Shown here: positions 23,884 to 24,000 of the stretch, piece after piece
How positions within the stretch are numbered: position 1 is the first letter of the stretch
Layout: each line of letters begins with the position of its first letter
From: Verrucomicrobiaceae bacterium
GTDB taxonomy: Bacteria; Verrucomicrobiota; Verrucomicrobiia; Verrucomicrobiales; Akkermansiaceae
DNA: 24,000 nt
NCBI GenBank assembly: GCA_027485995.1
Contig: JAIXPW010000047.1
Coordinates: forward strand, 1-24,000
Direction of reading: 5' to 3'
The notes under the pieces: generated by a model
What the model saw: the letters and a program-made list of their open reading frames with translations, nothing else
What the model was told of the DNA's origin: nothing
The model's database searches: none
Translations under genes and position numbers: made by a program

Positions 23884-24000
23884 TCAACCATGCATCCGGG
23901 GAAGCGCCCATAAGAAGCCGACCGCTATCGCAAGCATCACGCCCAGAATCCTAACCGCATCCTCCAGATCAATCGTCTGACGTGAGATTTGACGGGCAAA
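23884..24000 (-). CDS. Possible 3' end of a CDS entering from beyond the window (C-terminal 38 codons)
   Basis: Hand translation of the minus strand from 24000 gives FARQISRQTIDLEDAVRILGVMLAIAVGFLWALPRMHG, then TGA (23886..23884). It ends in a hydrophobic helix. The fragment is too short to identify and could be a chance open frame. Confidence 0.25.
   Translation of the reverse strand, partial: FARQISRQTIDLEDAVRILGVMLAIAVGFLWALPRMHG

Noticed and set aside
23625-23954. Four 62-76-aa ORFs in the spacer after putA
   Set aside because: They overlap each other and the hairpins, and their translations are Cys/Arg/Pro/Ser-rich and implausible. The hairpins are the more likely functional content.
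1-24000. tRNA, rRNA, tmRNA, SRP RNA, RNase P RNA, CRISPR arrays, intact IS elements or prophage/integrase genes
   Set aside because: I found no T-loop (GGTTCGAATCC-like) context, no regularly spaced direct repeats, no conserved ncRNA signature strings, and no integrase or DDE ORFs by eye. A covariance-model scan would be needed to exclude small ncRNAs rigorously.

Overview
This is a 24-kb, densely coding, high-GC bacterial chromosomal segment. My hand counts give about 60-65% G+C in typical coding rows. Most of the content is housekeeping.

Gene order, left to right:
- a truncated Y1-transposase-like ORF (-)
- a MalY/PatB-type PLP C-S lyase (+)
- a secreted hypothetical protein (+)
- bioB (+)
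- a short, divergent KAS I/II-like condensing enzyme (+), ATGA-coupled to a fusion of a YkuD (L,D-transpeptidase) domain and a PSPH-type phosphoserine phosphatase (+)
- a small HTH/coiled-coil protein (+)
- a 468-nt GC-depressed gap with no convincing gene
- a minus-strand gcvT-gcvH-gcvP-Nudix operon
- a rhomboid-like membrane protein (+)
- the minus-strand rpmH-rnpA-yidD-yidC cluster
- a GNAT acetyltransferase plus a small TM protein (+)
- a minus-strand run: PAS/AraC regulator, nadD, TPR protein, PEP-CTERM HExxH metalloprotease, membrane-anchored unknown
- putA (+), divergent from the regulator
- a structured spacer, then a truncated minus-strand ORF at the right edge

I found no rRNA, tRNA, CRISPR array or intact mobile element by eye. 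The PEP-CTERM sorting signal, the high GC and the generally weak Shine-Dalgarno signals suggest a Verrucomicrobiota/PVC-like host; that is inference only.

I do not see an unambiguous new multi-gene system such as a defence island. The candidates most worth a second look are:
1. the bioB / KAS-like / cytoplasmic YkuD-phosphoserine phosphatase arrangement
2. the 5.5-6.4 kb GC-depressed patch (orphan HTH gene, start-less 89-codon open frame, perfect 16-bp palindrome)
3. the PEP-CTERM metalloprotease, translationally coupled to an unknown membrane-anchored protein

All functional calls rest on motif recognition by eye. No database search was run.
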